NCBI GenBank assembly: GCA_038087875.1
Contig: CM075999.1
Coordinates: 3,288,001 to 3,352,000, forward strand
DNA from: Malacoraja senta
Lineage: Eukaryota
Direction of reading: 5' to 3'
DNA length: 64,000 bases
Part shown: piece by piece, positions 50,457 to 63,536 of the stretch
Layout: every line of letters starts with the position of its first letter
Position numbering within the stretch: the first letter of the stretch is position 1
Program-made: the position numbers and the translations under genes
The notes under the pieces: model-generated
Database searches by the model: none
The model's input: the letters and a program-made list of their open reading frames with translations, nothing else
Told to the model about the DNA's origin: nothing

Positions 50457-51320
50457 CAGTGCACTCAGAAAGTATTCAGACCCCTGCACTTTTCCCACAT
50501 TTTGTTACGTTAAAGCGATTTTAAAACGGATTAAATTCATTTTATTTATCATCCATCTACACACAATACCCCAGGCTGAAGAAGCGAAAACAGGTGTTTA
50601 GAAATTTCTGCAAATGAATTAAAAAGAAATAACTGAAATATCACATTTACATAAGTATTCAGACCCTTTGCTATGACACTCAAACTTGAGCTTCGGTTCA
50701 TCCTGTTTCCATTGATTATCCTTGAGATGTTTCTACAATTTGATTGGAGTCCACCAGTGGAAAACCTGCTCCAGAGCGTTCAGGACCTCAGACTGGGGCG
50801 GAGGTTCACCTTCCAACAGGACAACGACCCTCAGCCAAGACAACGCAGGATGACTTTGTGACAAGTCTGTGAATGTCCTTGAGAGGCCCAGCCAGGGCCC
50901 GGACTAGAACCAGATCGAACATCTCTGGAAGAACCAGAAAATAGCTGTGCATCGACGCTCCCCATCCAACCTGACAGAGCTTGAGAGGTTCTGCAGAGAA
51001 GAATGGGAGTAATTACCCAAATACAGGTGTGCCAAGCTTGTAGCGTCATACCCAAGAAGACTTGAGGCTGTAATCGCTGCCAAAGGTGCCTCAACAAAGT
51101 ACTGAGTCTGAATACTTATGTAAACGTGATATTTCAGTTGTTTTTTTTTTTTAATTACTTTGCAAAAATTTCTAGACACCTATTTTCATTTCTTCATTCT
51201 GGGGTATTGTGTGTAGATTGATGATGTAAAAAAAAAGAATTTAATCCATTTTAGAATAAGGCTGTAACGTAACAAAACGTGGAAAAAGTGAAGGGGTCTG
51301 AATACTTTCTGAATGCACTG
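50457..51320 (+). mobile_element. Internally deleted Tc1-like DNA transposon (IR/DR type) with a decayed transposase
   Basis: TIRs of about 210 bp, CAGTGCA.TCAGAAAGTATTCAGACCCC, right end followed by TA. Remnant DLRLGRRFTFQQDNDP...IEHLW...YPRRLEAVIAAKGASTKY*. Confidence 0.92.
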
Positions 51321-51466
51321 TAAGTAAAAATGAGCTACAGATTTGTATTCTCAAACAAAATCAAACTAACATGAGATACGAGCGGCTGGTAACAAATAGA
51401 CTTCATCATGAAGTAAAAAGCGTTGGAGATTAGAAATAGTTGTTGCTAAAATCTAACAATATCCTG

Positions 51467-51717
51467 GGTGTTTAAGAAGGAACTGCAGATGCTGGAAAAT
51501 CGAAGGTAGATAAAAGTGCTGGAGAAACTCAGCGGGTGCAGCAGCATCTATGGAGCGAAGGAAATAGGCAACGTTTCGGGCCGAAACCCTTCAGGAAGGA
51601 AATAGGCAACGTTTCGGGCCGAAACCCGGAAGGGTTTCGTCCCGAAACGTTGCCTATTTCCTTCGCTCCATAGATGCTGCTGCTGCACCCGCTGAGTTTC
51701 TCCAGCACTTTTGTCTA
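51467..51717. mobile_element. Palindromic Penelope-derived element, subfamily B
   Basis: 14-bp TSD CTAACAATATCCTG at 51453-51466 and 51718-51731. Confidence 0.87.
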
Positions 51718-52242
51718 CTAACAATATCCTGAAGTATTGCTTTGAATCAGAGGTGGAAGCTGTTCGTTCTCACCGTGGGCTTGGGGAAGGAGTGATCAGA
51801 CTGTAAAGTGTGTGAGCATTTATTGTCCCGCAGTGCTGCAGGTTTTGTGCTTGCTGGCCACGTCATTAGGTACACATTCACACACACGTCATCCCCATCT
51901 CATTGACAACTGCAATAGACGATCTCACCTCCGTGGCAATGTTAGCTGCACGCCCACACAGATCAATGGCCACATGGCAGCTCGCTGGGCTAACAACAAT
52001 AGACAGCCTCGGAAACTGCCTTATCTCACTGATGCAGCATTCTATTGCAAGGCGAAGGCTCCCTTTGCTGCCTGCCCTACAGCCAGCAGGAAGATTATAC
52101 ATGCGTACATGTCCATAAATAACTATGCAAGACTATAGCCATCCACAGTGTAAAAAATGCGGGATGTGTTTAGCTTAGTTTAGAGATACAGCGCAAGAAC
52201 AGGCCCTTCGGCCCACCGAGTCCGCGCCGACCAGCGAACCCT

Positions 52243-52618
52243 CAAGTCAAGTCAAGCCAAGTCACATTTATTTATATAGCACATTTAAAAAACAACTCTC
52301 GTTGGCCAAAGTGCTTTACATTTGTTATAAGAATAGTATAAACAAACAAACTACATACATATATACATGTAGCCCTCACTCAGAGGACGTCAGGGAAGGC
52401 TTGGGAGTACAGATAAGTCTTTAGTCTTGACTTAAAAGAGTCGATTGAGGGGGCAGTTCTGATGGGAAAGTGGATGCTGTTCCACAGTCTAGGAGCTGCA
52501 ACCGCAAAGGCGCGGTCGCCCCTGAGCTTATGCCTAGACCACGGGATATTCAGCAACCCCAAGTCGGCCGATCTGAGGGGCCTGGAGGTGGAGTGGTGGG
52601 TGAGAAGACTTTTTATGA
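52243..52618 (-). mobile_element. L2 LINE 3' end inserted in a V-SINE
   Basis: Reads RPLRSADLGLLNIP..GDRAFAVAAPRLWNS..FKSRLKTYL; (GACTT)n tail. Confidence 0.88.
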
Positions 52619-53053
52619 ACGCTAACACTATCCTACACACACTAGGGACAATTTACAGTTGTCACTCAAGCCAATTAACCTACAAACCTGTATGTATTTG
52701 GAGTGTGGGAGCACCCGGAGAAAACCCACGCGGGTCACGGGGAGAATGTACAAACTCCGTACAGACAGCGCCCGTAGTCAGGATTGAACCCGGGTCTCTG
52801 GCGCTGTGAGGCGACAACTCTACCGCTGCGCCACCATGCCGCCCTGGTGTAAAGGGAATAACATTAAATGAAGACGAATAAGAGATGTTGCTCTTAGAGT
52901 CGAGGTTTTAAAGAGCGGAGCGATTGTAATGAATGATTTCAGATCCACTTCTGGGACCACCACGCAGGGACTCGCCGACATATATTCTGAAATTGTTGTT
53001 GTTTTAGTTTTAGGGATACAGAGCGGAAACTGGCCCTTTGGCCCATCGAGTCT

Positions 53054-53759
53054 CTTGAGCCTCACATCCGCCATGTTGTCAAAACATCATTTTTTTCACC
53101 TCCGCAACATTGCCAAAATCAGATCCTCTCTCACACCCCCCGCTGCTGAAAGACTCATCCATGCCTTCATCTCCTCCCGACCGGACTACTGTAACTCTCT
53201 TCTCTTTGGCATCAATTCCAGCAGCATCAACCGACTCCAACTGGTCCAGAATGCAGCCGCCCGACTCAATACCCACACCAAATCCTGGCACCACATCACC
53301 CCAGTTCTCAAAGAACTTCACTGGCTTCCCATTTCCCACCGGATCATCTACAAAATCCTGGTCCTCACCTACAAAGCCCTCAACCACTTGGCCCCCCCTT
53401 ATCTCACTGACCTCCTCTCCCCCTCCCAACCCTCACGGTCCCTCAGATCCACATCAGCTGGTCTCCTCTCCATTCCGAAATCAAACCTTTGCACTTTTGG
53501 AGGCAGAGCCTTCCCCAGGATCTGGAATTCCCTCCCACAACTGATCCGAAATTCTGAGTCCCTCACCATCTTCCAGTCTCGCCTCAAGACCCATCTCTTC
53601 ACCTCTGCATACCCTTAGTCCCATGTCCCCCTCCCCTTTGCATCTCTGTCTTACTGCTCTATTTTGTTTTGTTTTTTTTGACTCTCAATGTAAAGCGACT
53701 TTGAGTCCTTGAAAAGCTCTATATAAATAAAATCTATTATTATTATTATTATTATTATT
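53054..53759 (+). mobile_element. L2 LINE 3' fragment (second L2 family) inserted in a V-SINE
   Basis: Reads FFHLRNIAKIR..LIHAFISSRPDYCNSL..LQLVQNAAAR..HITPVLKELHWLP; (TTA)n tail; TSD ATCGAGTCT at 53045-53053 and 53760-53768. Confidence 0.92.
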
Positions 53760-54797
53760 ATCGAGTCTGCGCCGACCAGCGATCCCCGCACATTAACACT
53801 ATCCAATCTGAAGAAGGGTCTCGACCCGAAACGTCACCCATTTCTTCTCTCAAGAGATGCTGCCTGTCCAGCTGAGTTACTCCAGCATTTTGTGTCTATC
53901 TTTGGTTTAAACCAGCATCTGCAGTTCCTTCCAACAAATTAACACTATCCTACACACACTAGGGACAATTTACAATTACATTTACACCAAGCCAATTAAC
54001 CTACAAACCTGTACGTCTCTGGAGTGTGGGAGGAAACCGAAGATCTTGGAGAAAACCCACGCAGGTCACGGGGAGAACGTACAAACTCCGTACAGACAGC
54101 ACCCGTAGTTAGAATCGAACCCGGGTCTCGAATGGGGTTGAGAGGGAGAGATAGATCAGCCACGATTGAATGGCAGAGTAGACTTAATGGGCTGAATGGC
54201 CTCATTCTTCTCCTATAACTTATGAGTGCCAATGTACCAATATCAATCCCGATGCAAAAATGTGGATAAACACACCGAACACAGGGGAAATAGTTTCTTG
54301 TTTAAGATGTAGACATTCCGTCAACGTTTAAATGTTTGTCTCTAATTTGCTTTCCTCTAAATTGGTTCGGAGACAACTGTTTAATGCACGATTGCAGCTG
54401 AATGATGAAAGAGCAGAAGGGAAACATCAGTGCAGGAGCTGCAGAATAAGCCCTATTTCAGAATAAATAATCCCGTGAAAATGCCCTCATCATCATGATG
54501 TTTGTATGTATATTCCTTGGACCAAGGAGATTTCCTGATATGTTCAGCTGGTGGTGAGAGGTTGCTGATGGATAAGGGCGGCACAGTGGCGCAGCGGGTA
54601 GAGCTGCTGCCTCACAGCGCCAGAGACCCGGGTTCGATCCTGTCCACAGGTGCTGTCTGTACAGAGTTTGCTCGTTCTCCCTGTGACCGCATGGGGTTTC
54701 TCCGGGAGCTCCGGTTTCCTCCCACACTCCAAAGATGTACAGATTTGTAGGTTAAAATTGGTTTGGCATAATTGTAAATTGTCCCTAGTGTGTGTAG

Positions 54798-55150
54798 GAT
54801 CATCAAGGACCCACACCATCCTGGCCACACACTCATCTCCCCGCTACCTTCAGGTAGAAGGTACAGGAGCCTGAAGACTGCAACGACCAGGTTCAGGAAT
54901 AGCTACTTCCCCACAACCATCAGGCTATTAAACTCGGCTCGGACAAACTCTGAACATTTAATAGCCCAATATCTGTTATTTGCACTTTATCAGTTTATTT
55001 ATTCATGTGTGTATATATTTATATAATGGTATATGGACACACTGATCTGTTTTGTAGTCAATGCCTACTATGTTCTGTTGTGCTGAAGCAAAGCAAGAAT
55101 TTCATTGTCCTATCAGGGACACATGACAATAAACTCACTTGAATCTTGAA
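54798..55150 (+). mobile_element. Rex1/Babar-type LINE 3' end inserted in a V-SINE
   Basis: Reads IIKDPHHPGHTLISPLPSGRRYRSL; tail gacaataaactcacttgaatcttgaa. Confidence 0.8.
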
Positions 55151-56877
55151 TCTAGGATAGTGGGCTGAAGGGCCTGTTTCCACGCTGTATCTCTAAACTA
55201 AACTAATTACGATTGAACGGCAAATAGGAAAGTAACATTTAACATTGATACAGGAGTCTTGGTCGTTATGGAAACAAGGTAAGTCTCTGAGTATAATAGG
55301 AAAATCTCTTTGCTATTCTTAAATGCTTCACAAAAACCATTCAATATCATCCAAGGCTGCAGGAAATCACAGTGAATTGTGGACGCAGCCCAGACCATCA
55401 CAAAAAACAACTCCTTTCCATTGAAGCAGAAAACATGTGTCTGAAGGAACTGCAGATGCTGGTTTAATTCCTTATCTCTGTATCTCCCTCTCCCAGTCTG
55501 CAGAAGGGTCTCGATCCGAAACGTCACCCATCCCTGCTATCCAGAGATGCTGCCCGTTCCGCTGAGTTACTCCAGCATTTGGTGTCTCTCCTTTCCATTG
55601 ACTCCATCTACACTTCATTCTGCCTTGGCAAAGCCAGCAGCTTTATTAAGGACCAGTCTCACCCCTAAGTCTCAAGTCTAGTCTACAGTATTTTGTTGTT
55701 ATCTTTTTGATTACTAAAGGTAGACAAAAATGCTGGAGGAACTCAGCGGGTCAGGCAGCATCTATGGAGCGAAGGAAATAGGCGACGTTTCGGGTCGAGA
55801 CCCTTCTTCAGACTCAATAGATGACGTTTCGGGTTGAGACCCATCTTCAGACTGAAGAAGGGTCTCGACCCAAAGCGTTGCCTATTTCCTTCGCTCCATA
55901 GATGCTGCCTCACTCGCTGAGTTTCTCTAGCATTTTTGTCTACCAAAAATCAGTTTGTTCAATTAACCAGAGGGCCCGTTTCCGCGCTGTATGACTCTAT
56001 GACTCCATTCAATTTGTCTTCAATGTATTCAGTGTCACAAACTGCTGACCATTTAGTAACACCCCGCCAGGTTCTATGCCTCATTCAGCTTGCTGCCCTA
56101 ATTCCCATGATATAAGGGCAGCATGGTGGCGCAGCGGTAGAGTTGCTGCCTCACAGCGCTGGAGACCCCGGTTCGATCCTGTCTACGGGTGCTGTCTGTA
56201 CGGAGTTTGTACGTTTCTCTCCCCGTGACCTGCGTTGGGTTTTCTCCGGGTGCTCCGGTTTCCCCCCACACTCCAATGACATACAGGTTTGTAGGTTAAT
56301 TAGATTTGGTAAAGTTTGTAAATTTTCCCTAATGTGTAGGCATTAGTGTTTAGTTTAGTTTAGAGATACAGCACGGAAACAGGCCCTTCGGCCCACCGAG
56401 TCCGCGCCGATCAGCGTTCCCCACACACTAACATTATCCTACTCATTGACAGTTTCTTCCCAGCTGTTATCAAGCAACTGAATCATCCCACCAGCAGTGC
56501 TGAACTACTATCTACCTCATTGGTGACCCTCTGACTATCCTTGATCGGACGTTGCTGGCTTCACTTTGCACTAAACATTATTCCTTTATCATGTATCTGT
56601 ACATTGCCAATGGCTCGATTGTAATCATGTATTGTCTTTCCGCTGACTGGATAGCACGCAACAAAAGCTTTTCACTGTACCTCGTTACACGTGACAATAA
56701 ACTAAACTGAACAGTTTCTTGTTGCCACAGTAAGAATTCTCTTGATAGACCCAAAATACTGGAGTAACTCAGCGGGACGGGCAGCATTTCTGGAGAGAAG
56801 GAATGGGTGACGTATCGTGTCGAGACCCTTCTTCAGAATTCCCTTATTCCATTGTCAGTGCAAAAGACAATTCAACA

Positions 56878-57187
56878 GTCTTGACTCTTGACTCTTCACT
56901 CTTGACTCTTGACTCTTGACTCTTGACTCTTGACTCTTGACTCTTGACTCTTGACTCTTGACTCTTGACTCTTGACTCTTCACTCTTCACTCTTCACTCT
57001 TCACTCTTCACTCTTCACTCTTCACTCTTCACTCTTCACTCTTCACTCTTCACTCTTCACTCTTCACTCTTCACTCTTCACTCTTGACTCTTGACTCTTG
57101 ACTCTTGACTCTTCACTCTTGACTCTTGACTCTTGACTCTTGACTCTTGACTCTTGACTCTTCACTCTTCACTCTTCACTCTTGACT
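56878..57187 (+). repeat. 7-bp tandem repeat, (GACTCTT/CACTCTT)n
   Basis: About 44 units in alternating blocks of the two variants. Confidence 0.95.
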
Positions 57188-57946
57188 TACTGAGTCCCTC
57201 CAGCAAATCCAGAAGCTCCCTGCGTCCCAGTCTCCTGTGTCTCCAACCTGTTTCACTAATGTTGTTTGATGAATAATCGTTCTTCAAGATGAAAAGTGGA
57301 TCCGGTCCTTTCTATTTGTGAACAATAGTGCAGGATCGGTTTAAACCAGTTTCTTTCTGCACAGGTGTCATTTCTGATTAATTTTCTAGGATTTGCACGT
57401 CATTTACTGCACGTAAGTGCTATTTTGATCAAATCGAGCCCAGCTGGGCTTTTGCCATTCACATCCTACACTTGAGCTTTAGTGGTTGTTCTCAGCTGCG
57501 ATGGATTGCTGAGGAAATATCATCTCTGTCCTCAGAGAATAAGGGTTTTTAATTTTACTCCAACATTAGATAAGGGTTCAGCTTGCTGTTATTTGAACGT
57601 ACAGACCTTTGAAAGAATGGTAATCAGCAACTGTCTCTTTCCCTGGCAAACTTGGAAGTACAATTTAGTTCCACAGCTCTGAAAGATCCTCTTTAAAAAA
57701 AACACAGACTTGAGGGCGGCACGGTGGGGCAGCGGGTAGAGCTGCTGCCTCACAGCGCCAGAGACCCGGGTTCGATCCGGATTGCGGGTGCTGTCTGTAT
57801 GGAGTTTGGTACGTTCTCCCTGTGACCTGCGTGGTTTTCTCCAGGTGCTCTGGTTTCCTCCCACACTCCAAAGACGTGCAGGTTTGTAGGTTAATTGGCT
57901 TAGGTAAAAATTGTAAATTGTCCCTAGTGTGTGTAGGATAGTGTTG

Positions 57947-58183
57947 AGGGGCCTGTCCCACTTGGCGATTTTTTCGGCGACTGCCGGCATCATTGACTGA
58001 CGTATCAGGTCACCGAAAAATTTGCGGCGTGATGCGGCGTGATGACGTATTGACGCGCGGTGTTTTTTCAAGTGTCGCAACATTTTCTTTGTCGCCGCTG
58101 GATTTTGAAATGTTCAAAATCTTTTGGCGACACCGATATGACGGCGGCAGTCGCCGAAAAAATCGCCAAGTGGGACAGGCCCT
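57947..58183. mobile_element. Complete Harbinger-like MITE inside a V-SINE
   Basis: TIRs of about 45 bp, GGGCCTGTCCCACTTGGCGATTTTTTCGGCGACTGCCG, inserted at the SINE TTA site. Confidence 0.85.
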
Positions 58184-59639
58184 TTAGTGTACGAGGTGAT
58201 CGATGGTCGGCGCGGGACACGGTAGGCCGAAGGGCCTGTTTCCGTACTATATCTCTAAACTAAACTGTTCTGCCAGCCACACTGTTAGGCCCAAAGCTGC
58301 CAAAATGTATAAGGAATCAATTCATTTTGGTTGTTTTTCCTCGAGTCCAAATTTCAATACAAATCAGTTGGATTTCGAAGAAATCAACATCTGCTAATAA
58401 TTCAAGTTCTGCCCTAATTTCCACAAACACGATGCATTGGGAAGAAGACCAATTTTATTCTTGTGTCTCGGCCAATTTAACAGTGTTATAGTTGTGATCC
58501 AGCCAATCCTGCACACCAGTATATTTGAGATGACCCCCCCCCCCCCCTCTCCCTTAACTCTGCTTTTCCTTCCTGCAAACCTGGTCGGTGCCTCAATGGT
58601 TGAACGGTTCCATTATTATCATGAGATCATAAGTGATTAGGAGCAGATTTAGGCCATTCGGCCCATCAAGTCTACTCCGCCATTCAATCATGGCTGATCT
58701 ATCTCTCCCTCCTAACCCCATTCTCCTGCCTTCTCCCCATAACCCCTGACACCCGTACTAATCAAGAATCTATCAATCTCTGCCTTAAAAATATCCGCTG
58801 ACTTGGCCGCTACAGCCTTCTGTGGCAATGAATTCCACAGATTCACCACTCATATCACGTGTAGCAAGGCACAGTGAGATACAGATCAGTACGTTCTGAA
58901 GGGCCTGTATCTGCGCTGTATCTCCAAAAGTCTAAACTGTAAAGCCTCAGTATTTGGTCGTAATCTTCTCAATTGCCAAAATCAGTTTGTTCAATTAAGC
59001 TGTGGCAATTCACTTTGTCCGAGGCTTAGATTAGGAAAGAAACTCTCTGTGAGGACATGCAATTTATATTAGGACGTTTGTCCCTTTGTACAGTGACTAT
59101 AAGGACTCCAGGCGATGTTCAATGAGGCTGATTTCTTCAATTTCAAAATGTTTATTGTGCTTCCTCTGTTGATCAACCAGTAATAAAAGACACGACATTG
59201 GATAATGTTCTAGGCGATGTCATTCCCCGACTAAAGTCTGTAAATGGAAAGACATGAGGCTCCATTCATCCACACTTTGGCTGCTGAAGGGGTAAAGATT
59301 CGAGAGAATTTTGTGCCTTTTTTTTAGTTTAGTTTAGAGATACAGCGTGGAAACTGACCCTCCTGCCCACCAAGTCTGCGCAGACCAGCGATCCCCGTAC
59401 TTGGAGGGTTGCTTCTAATATAGGGTGGCACGGTAGAGCTGAGACCCGGGTTGGAAGTATACATTTTGCCTGATGGGAGAGGGGAGAAGAGGGTGGCCAA
59501 AGTGCGCTTCATCCTTCATTATGTTGCTTGGCCTTGCCGAGGCAGCGTGGGGAGTAAATGGAGTCAATGGAAGGGAGGTTGTTTTGAGTGATGGTCTCGG
59601 CTGTGTCCACAATTCTCACTGTAGACGGTGGTTTACATC

Positions 59640-60092
59640 AAAGATAGACACAGAGTGCTGGAGTAACTCAGCGGGTCAGGCAGCATCTATGGAGAACATG
59701 GATAGGTGACGTTTTCACAGAGTGCTGGAGTAACTCAGCAGGTCAGGCTGCATCTGTGGAGAACATGGATAGGTGACGTTTCACAGAGTGCTGGAGTAAC
59801 TCAGCGGGTCAGGCAGCATCTGTGGAGAACATGGATAGGTGACGTTTCACAGAGTGCTGGAGTAACTCAGCGGGCCAGGCAGCATATGTGGAGCGAAAGA
59901 AATGGGCAACCTTTTGGGCCGAAACCCTGAAGGAAATAGGCAACGTTTCGGGCCGAAACCCGGAAGGGTTTCGGGCCGAAACGTTGCCTATTTTCCTTCG
60001 CTCCATAGTTGCTCCATAGAGAACATGGATAGGTGACGTTTCACAGAGTGCTGGAGTAACTCAGCAGGTCAAGCAGCTTCTCTGGAGAACAT
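59640..60092. mobile_element. 66-bp array plus B-type palindrome composite (reverse orientation)
   Basis: Same junctions as 7945-8110 and the reverse complement of 17490-17625. Confidence 0.8.
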
Positions 60093-60964
60093 GTGAGCCT
60101 GTTTCTATGCCATTATCTTTCAAATTCAATCAATAGGAATCAATAGACCAAGCTTTTGAAAGCCAGGGCATAAACCTAATCATTATATTCATGTAACAAT
60201 ATTTAATATAATAAACTACTCTGCAATTGGTATTTAAACCTTTTCCTTTCCCAGTGTAAAGTTTTGAGTTATGGCTGTTAGGAGCGCACCTACATGAACG
60301 ACAATCTTTCTAGTGAACTTTTGCGAGTATCTTTGGAGATTAGAGTAGAATTTTCTTCTTGGATATGAGATCAAGGTGGAGGAAGTTCAGCCAACTTTAA
60401 TACCCTGCCTCTATTATTTGTGGGTCTCGAGCACAGGGCTTGGGTTTCTGCCAACCTGGGAAGGAAAGTTTGTTGCTTCAAGGTGCAGTGGGAAAGTAAG
60501 AACAGATGACTCAGAGTGTGTTATAATGATTCTCAGTCTTTGAAACCAAAATGGCCAGAGGAAACACATCACATCTTCATAGGGGTGACCCCAACGTATG
60601 CTGGAGGTTTGACAATCATTCGAAACGCTCCGTGGGGTCGGCTTATTATGAACTTGGCTGCTCCATCCACAATGTGAGAATGGGGCTTATTCGTTAGAAG
60701 CTTATTCCAACTCTTGGTGGGAGCCACAGGGAAATTCCCTTGTGAAACGCTGCTTGTTGGTTGATCCTCAAAATGGAATTGCTAGCTGCCAAGGAAATAG
60801 TTAAGGCCGGGGTAATTCTGCCTTCACGATTAGGTGGGGAGACAGGGCGTCGGGAAATAAAAGCAGGAAATTAACATTTCATCAACTGCAAATGTGACCA
60901 TTAGTTTTGGAAACTGCAATTACATAAGGAGCACCACTAGAGGACAGATCAAGTACATTCGAAG

Positions 60965-61298
60965 CTAGACACCAAACGCTGGAGTACTCAGCGGGACAGG
61001 CAGCATCTCCGGGGAGAAGGAATGGGTGACGTTTCGGGTCGAGACCCTTCTTCAGACTGAGAGTCAGGGGAGAGGGAGACTCAGAGATATGGAAGGGTGA
61101 GGTGTGAAAACGAGAGATCAAAGGGTACATAGATCAAGGAAAAAAGTGGAATAGATCTTTGTTAGCTAGGGGAAGCAGACAACGAGGTGCACACAGATAA
61201 CATTTAATCAGGTGATCTGGGATGGGGGAGGGATGGAGAGAGAGGGAAAGCAAGGGTCACTTGAAGTTGGAGAAGTCAATGTTCATACCCGCTGGGGT
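60965..61298 (-). mobile_element. Penelope-like element 3' end
   Basis: Reverse complement of the endonuclease tail (GMNIDFSNFK), UTR and an intact hammerhead motif at 61028-61055. Confidence 0.8.
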
Positions 61299-63258
61299 TG
61301 TGTACATTCTCCCAATTTCCTACCACAAAACTCAATGCTACTTTGGTGATGGTTATATGTCGGGACAGTGTATCAGCACCTGGCAATTAATTTGGACTTT
61401 AGACTTTTTGAGATCCAGCCACAATTCCCCTGTCCCCGACGTATCCATTAATCTTGCAGCTATTGTATGACAGATACTCTATTTAACCCCATCAATAGGC
61501 TGACCATATCTCCAGACAACCGCCAAGCTCATCTTACACTGGTTTCCCTTCAGTGGGAAAATGCATAAACATGGCTGGACTCTGGCTCAGTGGGGAGTGT
61601 GTAAAAAAAACATTGGTGATGTCTTGTATCTTCTGGGTTTTCAAATGCATTTGTAGAGCCCTGGGTGCTTTTGTGAAGGGTTATCCCCAGTATAATAGTT
61701 GGTCGGCACAGACCCGATGGGCTGAAGGGCCTGTTGCTTGCGCTGAATCTCTAAACTAAACTAATAGTATAAAGGTTTAAGAAAGAACTGCAGATGCTGG
61801 AAAGATCAAAGGTAGACAAAAAATGCTGGAGAAACTCAGCGGGTGAGGCAGCATCTGTGGAGCAATGGAATAGGTGACGTTTCAGAACTAACAGTATAAA
61901 GGTATGAGTTTTGATGAATTGTTTACCAGGATGTTGCCAGGACTCGAGGGCCTGAGCTACAGGGAGAGGTTGAGCAGGCTGGGACTTCAATCATTCCAGC
62001 GTAGGAGGCTGAGGGGTGATCTTATGGAGGTGTATAAAATCATGAGGGGAATTGATCGGGTGAATGATCAATTACAGAGATAGATAGATCCTTGATGAGT
62101 ACGGGTGTCAGAGGTTATGGGGAGAAGGCAGGAGAATGGGGTTAGGAGAAAGAGATAGATCAGCCATGACCAAATGGCGGAGTAGACTTGATGGGCCGAA
62201 TGGCCTAATTCTACGACTATCACTTATGATCTTCTGAACTGATGGATGCACAGAATCTTTTCCCAAAGCCCCCTTCACATCTGTGTTGCCTAGTTAGTTC
62301 CACTGTGCTATAACGAGGAGCTGGTGCAAGTTTTCAGCATGAGTTTAGTTTAGTTCAGAGATACAGGCCCTTCGCTCTGACCAGCGATCCCCGCACACAC
62401 TAACGCTATCCTACACACACTAGGGACAAGTTACAATTTTACTGAAGCCAATTAACCTACCGCTCAGGTTCCTTTTAAATCTTTCTATTAAATCAGGCAT
62501 TGAAATCATTTCTATTGCCTCTGTCAGAGTACAATTGAAAACTAAAATCTGTAAATTAAATAATGAAGCCGAGACATTCGGAATAAGTTCAGCAGGAATT
62601 GACAGGGCATCAATAGTGAATCCTGATCTAGCCGTTTGATTTTTGTTGCCCACGTTATTGACTGAAATATCAACAATATGAAGAATTACTGAACGCCAGC
62701 AGGAGGTTACAAGCCAGTAACAAAGTCGATTTGTTCAGATAACATCATCGTAAAGTGAGAGACTAAAAGCTTCAGTAACTTAGGTCTCGAGAAGTGTACA
62801 AGTCTCCTGCCACTCTTGCATTGCCTATCCTCTGACAAAGAGCTGGCTTGGAAAATTTTGTCTGACGAAGGGTCTCGACCCGAAACGTCACCCATTCCTT
62901 CTCTCCAGAGATGCTGCCTGTCCCGCTGAGTTACTCCAGCATTTTGTGTCTATCTTCGGTTTAAAGCAGCATCTGCAGTTCCTTCCCACACGTTGTGTTT
63001 TGCAAAGACGGGCTGTTGTTTGCATCATTCATTACTTCAGGCTCAGAGTTATTGCCCAAGACTTATTGTGATAAATCGTTCCCATGTTGAGTTCCAGATT
63101 AAACAATAACAATTTCATTTTTCCGATGCCCGTGATTCCTGGGATTTGGTGAAATTGTATCTGTGAGGTGACACGTCCCAGCTGGAATTCTTTGGAATCT
63201 TCTGATTTGTCTGTGAAATTGCTGTTTTATTCCCAGATCCTAAGCACAGTCATCAATC

Positions 63259-63536
63259 GGCACGGTGGCGCAGCGGGTAGTGTTGCTGCCTCACAGCGCC
63301 GGAGACCCGGGTTCGATCCTGACTACGGGTGCTGTCGGTACGGAGTTTGTACGTTCTCCCCGTGACCTGCGTGGGTTTTCTCCGGGTGCTCCGGTTTCCT
63401 CCCACACGCCAAAGACGTACAGATTGGCTTCAGTAAAATTGTAAATTGTCCCTAGTGTGTATAGGATAGCGTTAGTGTGCGGGGATCGCTGGTCAGAGCG
63501 AAGGGCCTGTATCTCTAAACTAAACTAAACTAAACT
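63259..63536 (+). mobile_element. V-SINE (HE1-like)
   Basis: A/B boxes, V-domain and (AAACT)n tail. Confidence 0.87.
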
